A stretch of DNA of 64,000 bases from the sequence record OL631257.1; one strand, written 5' to 3'. The first letter of the stretch is position 1. Every line of letters starts with the position of its first letter. The DNA comes from Escherichia phage ECCR664. A program made the position numbers and the translations under genes. Of the stretch, positions 42,167 through 50,715 are shown piece after piece. Below the pieces are notes generated by a model, which searched no databases, had not been told where the DNA came from, and worked only from the letters and a program-made list of their open reading frames with translations.

Positions 42167-43145
42167 TTATTTCAGTAAAGTTACTTCGGAGATTTCCTCC
42201 CAACCATCTTTATCAGTTGAAATAAAATCTGCTACATAAAGAGCCGTACGTAATGATACATTGCGAAGACGAGATACGTTAGCCTTCATCCAGGACAATG
42301 CTTTGTACGTTTCAGCATCAGTCAGACCACGTTTCTGCATCATGTCAGTAGATAATATTACATCTTCAACTCGAACCATAATCTCTTCATTAGAGTGTAC
42401 TCCAAGGTCGAGATACACTGAACGAGATACTAAAGCTTGAAGGTGTGGAGCAAGTTTCGAACCACGTTCTAACTCTTTATCGATATCAACGTTTGTAATG
42501 AAAACGATAGTACCTTCAAACTCAAATTCTTTATCAATACCCTTATCATCAAGATAAGATGACGCAGTGCTCCAACAAACTTTGCGTTTATCTCCGGTAT
42601 CTAATGCTGCTTTAAGAAGGTTCAAGATATCCATATCAGAGAATACATCAACATCGTCGATTAAGAGAACGCTGTCTGCATCACGGTTGAGCCAAAGTTG
42701 TTCGTAAAGGCCAATACCAGAGATTTTACCATTAATGCTTTTGTATTTGATGAAGCCATTATCATTAGCACTATTAAGTGCTTTATCCAGAGAATACGTC
42801 TTACCAATACCGGCTGCACCTGAAATAATGAGTGAACGAATTTTGCCATCGATAATGCCATTCGTCATCATGTTCATTACTTTAAAGCGTTTGTTGATGC
42901 GAGTTTTCATATCTTCAGTGCTTTCAACAACTGCAACTGGTGATGTCTCAACTCCTTCCATTACGATGTCTGATTTGAAGACCCATACTCCACGTTCAGA
43001 ACCATCAATCATAACGAAAATTTTACCATCACCTAAGTGGGAACATTCAGGATTAAGCTTTGCTGGGAACCAGGTCTTTGTGGCGACATAAGAACCAGAG
43101 ATTTCGTTATTACGATAGATACCTTTTGATTTGAACGTTGAACAT
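42167..43145 (-). CDS. AAA+/P-loop ATPase; apparent frameshift near the N-terminus
   Basis: ORF 42167..43012 with Walker A GAAGIGKTY and Walker B VLLIDDVD; N-terminal extension from ATG 43145 in another frame. Confidence 0.55.
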
Positions 43146-43180
43146 TTTATTCTCCAATTTACTCATTTCGTTTCGATAGG

Positions 43181-43212
43181 TCTATAATAACATATCCTAA
43201 AAGCATGTACAC
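43181..43212 (-). promoter_or_regulatory. promoter with MotA-box-like element (possible middle promoter)
   Basis: Minus strand GTGTAC-ATGCTTTTA ... TATTAT; ATGCTTTTA resembles the T4 MotA box placed about 12 nt before the -10. Confidence 0.4.
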
Positions 43213-43230
43213 TACTTTTTAAAAATATTT

Positions 43231-43257
43231 TAACCCCTAAAGGGACCCGAAGGTCCC
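43231..43257 (-). terminator. rho-independent terminator
   Basis: Hairpin GGGACC-CGAA-GGTCCC at 43242..43257 followed on the minus strand by UUUAGGGGUU; near-identical element at 61647..61671. Confidence 0.55.
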
Positions 43258-43262
43258 CACAT

Positions 43263-43544
43263 TTACTTATCGCACTTAGCAACATAATTAGGCATATCAC
43301 AGAATACGGAGCGAGTAACTACTCGACCCTTTGACCATGCTTCAGTTGCTTGTCCGGCAGTGCTATTAATATAGCTTGATTTGATATTCTCAATACCCTG
43401 AGAATGTGATGCATTTACCGAACCGTTGGAAGGCCCAGAAGACTGGTTACCACCAGCTCCTGCACTACCGCTGGCTGCACCCGTGGTAGCACCAACAGAG
43501 AACGCCATCATTACTGCGAATAAACCAATTACTAATTTTTTCAT
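43263..43544 (-). CDS. secreted Gly/Ser-rich small protein
   Basis: 93 aa; signal peptide MKKLVIGLFAVMMAFSVGA; low-complexity GAASGSAGAGGNQSSGPSNGS; late promoter upstream. Confidence 0.4.
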   Translation of the reverse strand: MKKLVIGLFAVMMAFSVGATTGAASGSAGAGGNQSSGPSNGSVNASHSQGIENIKSSYINSTAGQATEAWSKGRVVTRSVFCDMPNYVAKCDK

Positions 43545-43572
43545 ATTTACCTCAAGTGAATGGTTATTTATC

Positions 43573-43580
43573 TATTTATA
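43573..43580 (-). promoter_or_regulatory. T4-type late promoter (TATAAATA)
   Basis: Plus tatttata about 29 nt upstream of the ATG at 43544. Confidence 0.5.
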
Positions 43581-43639
43581 GTAAGAATTATGATTTTCGA
43601 GATAGACTTGCTCAAGGAAATCATCCCAGAAACTCATAT

Positions 43640-44560
43640 CTACTTTTGTTGCATACCGTTCTTAGCGGCTTGTTCTGATGCTTGTTCAACTTGGTCAACG
43701 ATATCTTCTAGGAATTCTTGTACAGTTTTAAACGTATGTTTACCAAGCTTAACATCAAGAATAAATGGAGCATCCTGAAGCGGGTAAACCAGGTCACCGG
43801 TTTTGTAAATTTCCAATAATTGAAGTCCACCACGACATGCATGACTCAATGCTTTCCAGTCAATACCTTCGTTGGCTTCCGCCTTACGAGCACGTTCACC
43901 ATAGTTCTCTTCCAGTTTAACCAGGATGGCATTGAACTCTTTATTGGTTAACGTGTCTTGGAATTTACGGTCTAATAGATTATAGAATGTTTGCTTACCT
44001 GTTTTCTCGTTTTCGGTTTCAACCCATGAAGCAAATTCACCTACAGGCAGAACATTCTTCATATGTGATAAACGAATTACCGCACCATTATCAAAGTATT
44101 GTCCCCATTCATTAGAACGTTTAAGGGCTTGACGAAGAACAGCCAGTCGAGAACCCTTGACACCATATTTAGAAGCTTGCTTACGGACATACCCTAAATA
44201 AGATTTCATGTTAGTGGTATAGAAACGAGACCTGTTATCTTGAATATACTTCCATACATCAGGCAAATCAGATTTAACTACTAGACTTGGTGGGGTGTGA
44301 AGCATATCTAATGCGACGGTTTCACCATCTGCAGCTAGTTTAAAGAAATATTTGAGACTATACAACTCGTGGTCCACGTCGTCTTTTGTGTTCTTAGAAG
44401 CAGTGTTGTTAGTGTTCTTGCTCATGTGTTCTTTAACGTTACCGGTCAAGATATCACGAGCATGAGGGACATAAATTTCTTTAAAATCGACGTCAGATTC
44501 AGGAGTAGACGTTCCATAAAGGTGGCTACCAAAGTAGCCTTTCATAATTGTTTTCATCAT
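43640..44560 (-). CDS. Pol-beta-superfamily nucleotidyltransferase (ANT/MNT-like N-terminal domain plus helical C-terminal domain)
   Basis: 306 aa; KGYFGSHLYGTSTPESDVDFKEIYVP fits the G-S-x(9-13)-D-x-D signature; start overlaps the stop of the upstream membrane protein (ATGA). Confidence 0.55.
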   Translation of the reverse strand: MMKTIMKGYFGSHLYGTSTPESDVDFKEIYVPHARDILTGNVKEHMSKNTNNTASKNTKDDVDHELYSLKYFFKLAADGETVALDMLHTPPSLVVKSDLPDVWKYIQDNRSRFYTTNMKSYLGYVRKQASKYGVKGSRLAVLRQALKRSNEWGQYFDNGAVIRLSHMKNVLPVGEFASWVETENEKTGKQTFYNLLDRKFQDTLTNKEFNAILVKLEENYGERARKAEANEGIDWKALSHACRGGLQLLEIYKTGDLVYPLQDAPFILDVKLGKHTFKTVQEFLEDIVDQVEQASEQAAKNGMQQK

Positions 44561-45030
44561 TTAGCCTTATATTCAAGAGTAGGACAGACTTTTTCTTTAC
44601 GAGCTTTAAGGTATTCACCTATTAATGATTTCTTACGTTCAATAGGCTCAAGTCCATTTTTAATTCGTTCTTGGTTTTGTGCAATGAGCTCAATTTCTTT
44701 ATAATATTTTCTGTCGTTATATTTGTCTAATAACCAAGATGGACCAATTACCGCCCCGACAGCAATAAGAACCATTACTGATATTGTTAAAATGCCTATA
44801 CCAATTGAAGCAGGAACTAATGTCCATAAACTACTAAAGACAAAGAATTTAGTTAAAATTTCTTGGCCAATGATTGCGGCACCTGCTAAAGTTGCAAATC
44901 CAACAATTGAAACAGCCAATACCGGAATAAACGTTTTCCAAAAATAAGCACATAATGTTTTCGGACGATTCCACGTACTATTGAACGTGGCATAAATTTT
45001 AAAGTGCCAAGAGTTTTCATTGATAATCAT
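44557..45030 (-). CDS. membrane protein, translationally coupled to the nucleotidyltransferase
   Basis: 157 aa; three predicted TM segments (FIPVLAVSIVGFATLAGAAIIG, FVFSSLWTLVPASIGIGILTISVMVLIAVGAVIG). Confidence 0.45.
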   Translation of the reverse strand: MIINENSWHFKIYATFNSTWNRPKTLCAYFWKTFIPVLAVSIVGFATLAGAAIIGQEILTKFFVFSSLWTLVPASIGIGILTISVMVLIAVGAVIGPSWLLDKYNDRKYYKEIELIAQNQERIKNGLEPIERKKSLIGEYLKARKEKVCPTLEYKAK

Positions 45031-45182
45031 AATAATTCCTTATTTCAAAGTCGGGATAATAGAATCGAGATAAGCTTTAAGAGCAACTGCTTCATCTTTG
45101 TCTAATGTAATGATATGTTGACGAAGGTCATCAATTTGGCGAATAACTACAACATCACCGTCTTCATAAGAAGGATTAACGC

Positions 45183-45581
45183 TCAGGACTGTTGTATAGT
45201 CAGGGTTGTCCTGATTTGTAATAAAAGCATTACGACATTTAGCCCATTGAAGTTTGGCCTTTTGGCTGTTTCAGATTCCATGAATTCTTTCACTTTAGCG
45301 ACGAATGTTTTCCAATTATTAATAGAAAAACATTCGTCTTCTGTTTCGATATTAACCCCACTATAAAGTCCGTGATAAAAACGAACTTGAAGGTCTTCAT
45401 CAATGTTAATTACAGATGCATGGCCTGGTGGATTGAGTTTCAAAATCTTGTCCAGTTCCATAGGAAGAATAGTAACAGCATCATCTTCTTGCGTCAGAAC
45501 GTAAGCATAACCGCGTTTTTCAATACATAAATCACCGAACAACTCTGTTGTTTCAATTACAGTTTTCATATTATTCACCAA
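45183..45581 (-). CDS. hypothetical protein (132 aa)
   Basis: ORF only. Confidence 0.3.
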   Translation of the reverse strand: MVNNMKTVIETTELFGDLCIEKRGYAYVLTQEDDAVTILPMELDKILKLNPPGHASVINIDEDLQVRFYHGLYSGVNIETEDECFSINNWKTFVAKVKEFMESETAKRPNFNGLNVVMLLLQIRTTLTIQQS

Positions 45582-45589
45582 TTAAAGTT

Positions 45590-45857
45590 TCAACAAAATT
45601 CACCAAAGCATTCTGGCAAGCGTCAACCTGATTTTCATAAAAGTCTACGTTATCATTTACCGCATGATAAGCTACATCATTCAAATCTGAATCGGCTTCA
45701 CGTAAGTCATGGATAAGGTCCATCAATTTATTAGCTTGTTCACGGGTCATTTTACCATACTCGTTTCAATAAGATTCACTATGCCGTTTACCATGTTATA
45801 AGTAAACATCGGATAATTGTATTGTACTACAACATAAGCGATAAGCAAAAGTTTCAT
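45590..45857 (-). CDS. small hypothetical protein, apparent frameshift
   Basis: Not in ORF track; MKLLLIAYVVVQYNYPMF ... MTREQANKLMDLIHDLREADSDLNDVAYHAVNDNVDFYENQVDACQNALVNFVETLIGE. Confidence 0.3.
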
Positions 45858-45885
45858 TTTGTTCTCCGTTCGTTTTGATAGGACT

Positions 45886-45915
45886 ACTATAACATAGTCC
45901 TATCAAGTTGTAAAC
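45886..45915 (-). promoter_or_regulatory. T4 early-type promoter
   Basis: Minus strand GTTTAC - 17 nt - TTATAGT with palindrome GATAGGACT/AGTCCTATC. Confidence 0.5.
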
Positions 45916-46151
45916 TACCGATTGTGTTTTAAATGTTGATAAAGTTCTTCAACTTGTTTAGGGTCCAAAACAATTAAGTCATTTTCTTGACGAAGATAAA
46001 TCCATCCCTTATCCCCAGGGCCATTTTTACAAAACATCACCGTCGTCATATCGTCATCTTCAGCGCTTTCAGGTAAAAGTTCAAGTACACCGTCTTCAGA
46101 TTTTCCAGTATAATCGTAAAGCATAATATCCTCACATAATCTCGTTAACAT
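45915..46151 (-). CDS. hypothetical acidic protein (78 aa)
   Basis: ORF only. Confidence 0.3.
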   Translation of the reverse strand: MLTRLCEDIMLYDYTGKSEDGVLELLPESAEDDDMTTVMFCKNGPGDKGWIYLRQENDLIVLDPKQVEELYQHLKHNR

Positions 46152-46311
46152 ACATTTGCAATTCGGTGTGCGTATCAGCCATCTTTTTCATAGCTCTGTT
46201 AATGTCGATGTCTCCATCTTCGCAACCATGAGCATTTTCCCAATCAGATACCGCATTAGCGTACTCTTCAATCAAAAACATTAACTTAGAAATTTTTTCT
46301 TTACGTGTCAT
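46132..46311 (-). CDS. hypothetical protein (about 59 aa)
   Basis: ORF 46132..46389; likely start MTRKEKISKL at 46311 below the promoter. Confidence 0.3.
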   Translation of the reverse strand: MTRKEKISKLMFLIEEYANAVSDWENAHGCEDGDIDINRAMKKMADTHTELQMYVNEIM

Positions 46312-46337
46312 AATGTTCTCCTCTAGTAAGTAAAGAC

Positions 46338-46367
46338 TACTATAACACAACCTGAGGAAAAGTAAAC
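46338..46367 (-). promoter_or_regulatory. T4 early-type promoter
   Basis: Minus strand GTTTAC - 17 nt - TTATAGT, immediately after the rI terminator. Confidence 0.5.
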
Positions 46368-46378
46368 TGCTAAATGCC

Positions 46379-46404
46379 AAAAGCCCCAACCTTTCGGAAG
46401 GGGC
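46379..46404 (-). terminator. rho-independent terminator downstream of rI
   Basis: Hairpin GCCCC..CCTTTCGGAAGG..GGGGC at 46383..46404 followed on the minus strand by UUUU; identical element at 62340..62367. Confidence 0.6.
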
Positions 46405-46411
46405 TATTAAA

Positions 46412-46713
46412 TTAGATAGATGTAGGCTCTAATTTTATTTTCATGAACTCAGCAAATTGTCTGGCGGTTTTTATGCCTTGTTCATGACATTCAAATGCAT
46501 CATCACAGGGACTATTTTTGTAATGCTTTGCCATATACTTATAGAATTTTTCAGAATTCTCGACATTTTGAATTTCAAACAAAGTATATACGTTTTTAAT
46601 CCCTGATTCCATAAAGTTATCAAAATATGGGTCGATATGTGCAGTACCAACGATAGGAGTTGTTGCTGCAAAAACCCCAGCATCGCTATGACAGCTATCG
46701 CTCTTAAGGCCAT
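46412..46713 (-). CDS. rI: lysis-inhibition regulator RI (membrane-anchored periplasmic); apparent frameshift
   Basis: N-terminal frame MALRAIAVIAMLG and C-terminal frame ...KFYKYMAKHYKNSPCDDAFECHEQG...EFMKIKLE match T4 RI as recalled. Confidence 0.7.
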
Positions 46714-46725
46714 ATAGGCCTCCTG

Positions 46726-46938
46726 TTAATTTTGGCCAGTATTTATTTTTCGCCTTTGGACGGCCTTAACATCTGTGAGGTATTTTTCCAGCTTGCGCTT
46801 GCGTGTATAATCAGCTTTAGAACCAGTTTGACGGATATCCTCATTTAAATGAGAAATAGAATGTCCTAATTCTCTTCGGATTTCATCCAATTGGGTTACA
46901 GTAAGATTACGAAGTTGTCTTTCGTTTAATTGCTGCAT
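46726..46938 (-). CDS. hypothetical protein (rI.1 position)
   Basis: 70 aa ORF with a late-promoter motif upstream. Confidence 0.35.
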   Translation of the reverse strand: MQQLNERQLRNLTVTQLDEIRRELGHSISHLNEDIRQTGSKADYTRKRKLEKYLTDVKAVQRRKINTGQN

Positions 46939-46962
46939 ATATACCTCTTGGTTAGATATTAG

Positions 46963-46970
46963 TATTTATA
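46963..46970 (-). promoter_or_regulatory. T4-type late promoter (TATAAATA)
   Basis: Plus tatttata about 25 nt upstream of the ATG at 46938; overlaps the tk stop. Confidence 0.5.
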
Positions 46971-47545
46971 ACAACCCTGTCAAATCATTCCAATGCTTCC
47001 GGCATAATGACACGTATCTATCAGTATCACCAATTTCAATTTGACTGCCATCTGTAATTGGAAGTCCGTCTTCCGTGACTCTAGCTACCATTGTGGCCTT
47101 TTACCACAATGACAGACACCTTTAAGTTCAACAAGCTTATCGGCAATAGCCATTAATGCTTGAGAACCTTCAAATAGATTACCTTTAAAATCTGTTCGTA
47201 GTCCATATGCCATTACTGGCACATTGTATACGTCAACAATACGACTAAGTTGATACACCTTTTCAGTAGTTAAGAACTGAGCTTCGTCAACAAATACACA
47301 ATGAATATCCTTTGTGCTGCAGCCCATTTATAGAATTCAAAGATGTCCATGTCTTTTGTAATTATATTGGCATCCTGACGAATACCAATACGAGAGACTA
47401 TTTCACCTTTTGAATCACGAGTATCAATAGCCGGTTTAAGAACTAATACACCCATGCCACGTTCTTTATAGTTATGTGCGGCAGTAAGTAATGAAGCAGA
47501 CTTACCAGCATTCATAGCGGCATATGTAAAAATTAAACTAGCCAT
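46966..47545 (-). CDS. tk: thymidine kinase; two apparent frameshifts
   Basis: Walker [13 protein letters not shown]; [13 protein letters not shown]; CHCGK ... Zn ribbon. One junction verified as a one-base loss in an A-run (caaaggat versus expected caaaaggat). Confidence 0.85.
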
Positions 47546-47554
47546 AAGAGTCCC

Positions 47555-47737
47555 TTATAGTGAATTCACGTAGTCAATGAGTTCTTGTTCTTTCCTGTCA
47601 AATGATTCCATCAATGCGTGATATTCTTCGTCCGTCAAAGGAGCATATTCATCGTACGCATTGGTGGCTGCTTGTTCATCCAATAGGTCATGGATAAGTT
47701 CGAACAGTTTAGCTTTCTCTTCTTTAGTCAATTTCAT
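47555..47737 (-). CDS. hypothetical acidic protein (60 aa)
   Basis: ORF only. Confidence 0.3.
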   Translation of the reverse strand: MKLTKEEKAKLFELIHDLLDEQAATNAYDEYAPLTDEEYHALMESFDRKEQELIDYVNSL

Positions 47738-47946
47738 TTAGGTTCACCTTCTTTAACGAAATCTGGGTAAGGGTAAAATCCTGAGTAAAACCCTTCACCT
47801 TTATGATTACTACAACCTTTGTTCGAACAGTAACACCAATAATCAAAATCACAAGCCATTTCGTCATTGCATAAAGCAAAAACTACAGGCCATTCGCATT
47901 TTTCGCATTTAGCGCCTGTAAGAATTTTTGTTTGGCTCATAACCAT
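47734..47946 (-). CDS. Cys-rich small protein (putative Zn-binding)
   Basis: 70 aa; CEKCEW ... CNDEMACDFDYWCYCSNKGC. Confidence 0.35.
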   Translation of the reverse strand: MVMSQTKILTGAKCEKCEWPVVFALCNDEMACDFDYWCYCSNKGCSNHKGEGFYSGFYPYPDFVKEGEPK

Positions 47947-48164
47947 GTCACCTTTAAGCAGTATTCTTCTACATGCTGTTTACGACCTTTCTTATCAATA
48001 AAGGTATATTCAACGAATGTTCCAATGTAGTCTTTATCTACATCATGTGGACTATTAATTGGACATTTAGTACGACAAATGCGTTCCCATTGACGAATAA
48101 TTACTGCCTTATTCTTTGGGTCGTATGGATGTGGATAATGTATATTCATAATAATGGTTCCCAA
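47937..48164 (-). CDS. hypothetical protein (75 aa)
   Basis: ORF only. Confidence 0.3.
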   Translation of the reverse strand: MGTIIMNIHYPHPYDPKNKAVIIRQWERICRTKCPINSPHDVDKDYIGTFVEYTFIDKKGRKQHVEEYCLKVTWL

Positions 48165-48643
48165 TCAACAATCACAATTTCTAGTTTAGTGGAATACGTA
48201 TCTAAAATCTCTTCGATGATATCCCAGTTTCCGCCACCGATACCAGCACCAATTCTTGGCATATAAATTAAAGGCTTTGTTATCTTATTCTTTCCGAATT
48301 TATTTAATTCTATTATACAATTCATTAAAGCAGAGTACTCAAAATTAGGTCCAGGCTCAAACTGTGTATAAAGATTAAAGCAATAAGCTTTATGGGTCTT
48401 AAAATATTTTTCATAAACCGAATAAGTCCCGAGTTTAGATTCGTCTCCGAATTCGGTTTGAAGTTTATCGGCTTCCAGAATTTTTGGATAAGCCTTTGCT
48501 AATTGACCTGCTACACCAGCGCCCATTGTATGAAAACAATTGCACCCATGAGCAATATTATTACCTTTAGAAAACAGGGCGACAATATCGCCCTTGATAT
48601 AGTTTTTAATCACTTGCTGCAAGTCCTCTAGTATAAGAGTCAA
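48146..48643 (-). CDS. macro-domain protein (ADP-ribose binding/hydrolase fold)
   Basis: 165 aa; IAHGCNCFHTMGAGVAGQLAKAYP and IGAGIGGGNWD resemble macrodomain Gly-rich loops; T4 tk.4 position. Confidence 0.5.
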   Translation of the reverse strand: MTLILEDLQQVIKNYIKGDIVALFSKGNNIAHGCNCFHTMGAGVAGQLAKAYPKILEADKLQTEFGDESKLGTYSVYEKYFKTHKAYCFNLYTQFEPGPNFEYSALMNCIIELNKFGKNKITKPLIYMPRIGAGIGGGNWDIIEEILDTYSTKLEIVIVDWEPLL

Positions 48644-48953
48644 CTAGACGGTCCACCATAGAATTGCATGCTGCCTTATCTTTAGGTTCCGCCACCGAGC
48701 ATTCTAATATTTGCCATTTTTTATAGTATCTTTTAATTAAGGTAGACGCCTTGAACCTACTAGACGCCCCATCTTTTTCTCCGTCTTTATACGCATATAA
48801 CAATTTTTGTGAAAAATCTACTTTACACTCTTGACTTTTACCACAATAATCAGACGCCGTTCTGTTTGTATACTCCGTTACATCAGTATATGTAGTATTA
48901 GCAAGAGCGTTAAATGAAACCAAGCCAACTATTAAAGCTAACATTTTGGTCAT
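48606..48953 (-). CDS. secreted protein (Vs position)
   Basis: 115 aa; signal peptide MTKMLALIVGLVSFNALA; same length as T4 Vs; residue similarity not confirmed. Confidence 0.4.
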   Translation of the reverse strand: MTKMLALIVGLVSFNALANTTYTDVTEYTNRTASDYCGKSQECKVDFSQKLLYAYKDGEKDGASSRFKASTLIKRYYKKWQILECSVAEPKDKAACNSMVDRLVDSYTRGLAASD

Positions 48954-49492
48954 TCTTTTATTTCCAGTAGTTTATTTGATTTAAGGTAATTAGCCTTTTC
49001 TAGGACTTCAGAAGCATATTTACTTCCAGCACTTGTCTTCCATCCCGCATTATATGAGGATATAGCTTTTCTTATATCCCCGTTATGTATATTTAACCAA
49101 TAAGAAAATTCGATATAAGCCCATCTGGCTGAATTAGACCGCTTAGATAGCATTTTCTTAATTTGGGCATCAGTCATATTATAACCAAGCTGGTTAATTC
49201 TTGCCCTCATTGTTGGTAGATAGTTTTGGAACATTCCATACGCATGGTGACCTTTCTTATCTTTAAGATTAATACCTGCGGATGATTCTTGCCATAGTAT
49301 TGCGGCCATTATGTATCCAAGTCCTTTCTTATGCATATTTTCATGCGTTTTAAATTTTCCGTCCTTAGAAAACTGTTCCCCAAACTGATAAGCATAATTC
49401 AAGTTATCGAGTTGGACATTACTAAAAGTATGCTCGGAGCTATGTGCTGATAACGAAAGAGCAAATAGACCAGCGAGTAGTGCTTTTCTCAT
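48950..49492 (-). CDS. periplasmic lytic-transglycosylase-like (SLT-domain) protein
   Basis: 180 aa; signal peptide; AAILWQESS ... AYGMFQ resembles the SLT catalytic E-S and GLMQ motifs; T4 vs.1 position. Confidence 0.5.
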   Translation of the reverse strand: MRKALLAGLFALSLSAHSSEHTFSNVQLDNLNYAYQFGEQFSKDGKFKTHENMHKKGLGYIMAAILWQESSAGINLKDKKGHHAYGMFQNYLPTMRARINQLGYNMTDAQIKKMLSKRSNSARWAYIEFSYWLNIHNGDIRKAISSYNAGWKTSAGSKYASEVLEKANYLKSNKLLEIKE

Positions 49493-49500
49493 GTTTACCT

Positions 49501-49957
49501 CTAGATTTTAATCACTGCTTTAGAAGCTTTTCCTGGTAGTCGTTTACTGTTAATAATAGCCATTCTGCATTGAAGAGTCTTCATTTTGAATGCTGGATTT
49601 TCGCGACAGACTGTAAGTCCTAACCAAAGATTTCCGTCAGTTATTTCTAAACGGCCTGGGCGATATTCGACACCTTCGACAAAATCTTCATCAACATCTG
49701 GACGTGCCGGCATTGATAAAAATTCTGCAACTTCTTTAACATGATTTTTACTTTATGAAATAATTCAAAACGTAATTCTCATCTATTTCTCTCTGGATGG
49801 CACGATCTAAGAGATGTTGAGAATACTTGATATGAAAGCCTGGTAGTCCAAGAGACTTTGCAGCATCTTTTATACCGGCATTTATTTTGCGGAACTCCGT
49901 TTCAAAGATTCGACGGAGTTTATTACGGCGGATAAAAACGTCAGAATTGATAGTCAT
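49501..49957 (-). CDS. regB: endoribonuclease RegB; apparent frameshift
   Basis: N fragment MTIN..VFIRRNKLRR.FE.EFR.IN ... KYSQHLLDRAIQREIDE and C fragment RPD.DEDF.GVEYRPGRLEITDGNLWLG.TVC ... CRMAIINS.RLPGKASKAVIK match T4 RegB as recalled. Confidence 0.8.
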
Positions 49958-49986
49958 TTTTGATTTCTCCTCTAGTTGACAGGTCT

Positions 49987-50015
49987 ATAGTAACACATCT
50001 AGAGGAGAAGTAAAC
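49987..50015 (-). promoter_or_regulatory. T4 early-type promoter upstream of regB
   Basis: Minus strand GTTTAC - 17 nt - TACTAT. Confidence 0.5.
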
Positions 50016-50019
50016 TACT

Positions 50020-50235
50020 TTATTGATAAAATGGAGTTAAAGCCCAAGATTCTTTAGATACCATATTGGCGAAATGCCTCATCTCTTCGATTTGGCGACG
50101 ACGCTGGTCAGCATAGTCTTCTTCACCTTCTTCCTTACAATCTTCAAGGTCTTCTTCAAGATACTTTAAGTATTCACTACAAATTTTGTTGACCTTTTCT
50201 TGAAAGTCCAATAACCCGGTAATAGTAGAAGCCAT
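50020..50235 (-). CDS. hypothetical acidic protein (71 aa)
   Basis: ORF only. Confidence 0.3.
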   Translation of the reverse strand: MASTITGLLDFQEKVNKICSEYLKYLEEDLEDCKEEGEEDYADQRRRQIEEMRHFANMVSKESWALTPFYQ

Positions 50236-50669
50236 TAGTATTTTTCCTCAGGTCGAAATACTGCACGACATGCCCACATACTGGCTTCTTTTAGATGTTG
50301 CTTAGCATACTTAAGAGCCTGCACTGCATCCATATCTTCTTTGGTTTGTTGCTCTGATTCATTTTCTTTCAAGATATATGCTTCTTCAATCAGAGCATCA
50401 AACATCAATCCAAGACGGACTTCGGCGTCTTTAATAGCGTTCACTTTACTGATTTTATCATCGGTATGCGGCTTGTAGCCTTTGATGTCTTCAATCGACA
50501 TAAGGAATTTCCTCATCGGTGGCAAGGTCATATTCGACCAATTGGATAGGCTCATTAATACCATATCCACGTACAGTGATATCGGTTGACGGATATTTTC
50601 CAGTAATATCACCCGTTCTAAATGCTTCAATGAATGATTGCTCGCCTGAGCAACTAAACCAGGCGGCAA
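50235..50669 (-). CDS. hypothetical protein (144 aa)
   Basis: ORF; start uncertain. Confidence 0.3.
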   Translation of the reverse strand: MPPGLVAQASNHSLKHLERVILLENIRQPISLYVDMVLMSLSNWSNMTLPPMRKFLMSIEDIKGYKPHTDDKISKVNAIKDAEVRLGLMFDALIEEAYILKENESEQQTKEDMDAVQALKYAKQHLKEASMWACRAVFRPEEKY

Positions 50670-50715
50670 AACATTTTAAAACATCTTCAGACCCTTCTAT
50701 AATCAATTTAGCCAT
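50491..50715 (-). CDS. hypothetical protein (74 aa)
   Basis: ORF overlapping 50235..50669 in another frame; one of the two may be spurious or they are joined by an indel. Confidence 0.25.
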   Translation of the reverse strand: MAKLIIEGSEDVLKCFAAWFSCSGEQSFIEAFRTGDITGKYPSTDITVRGYGINEPIQLVEYDLATDEEIPYVD

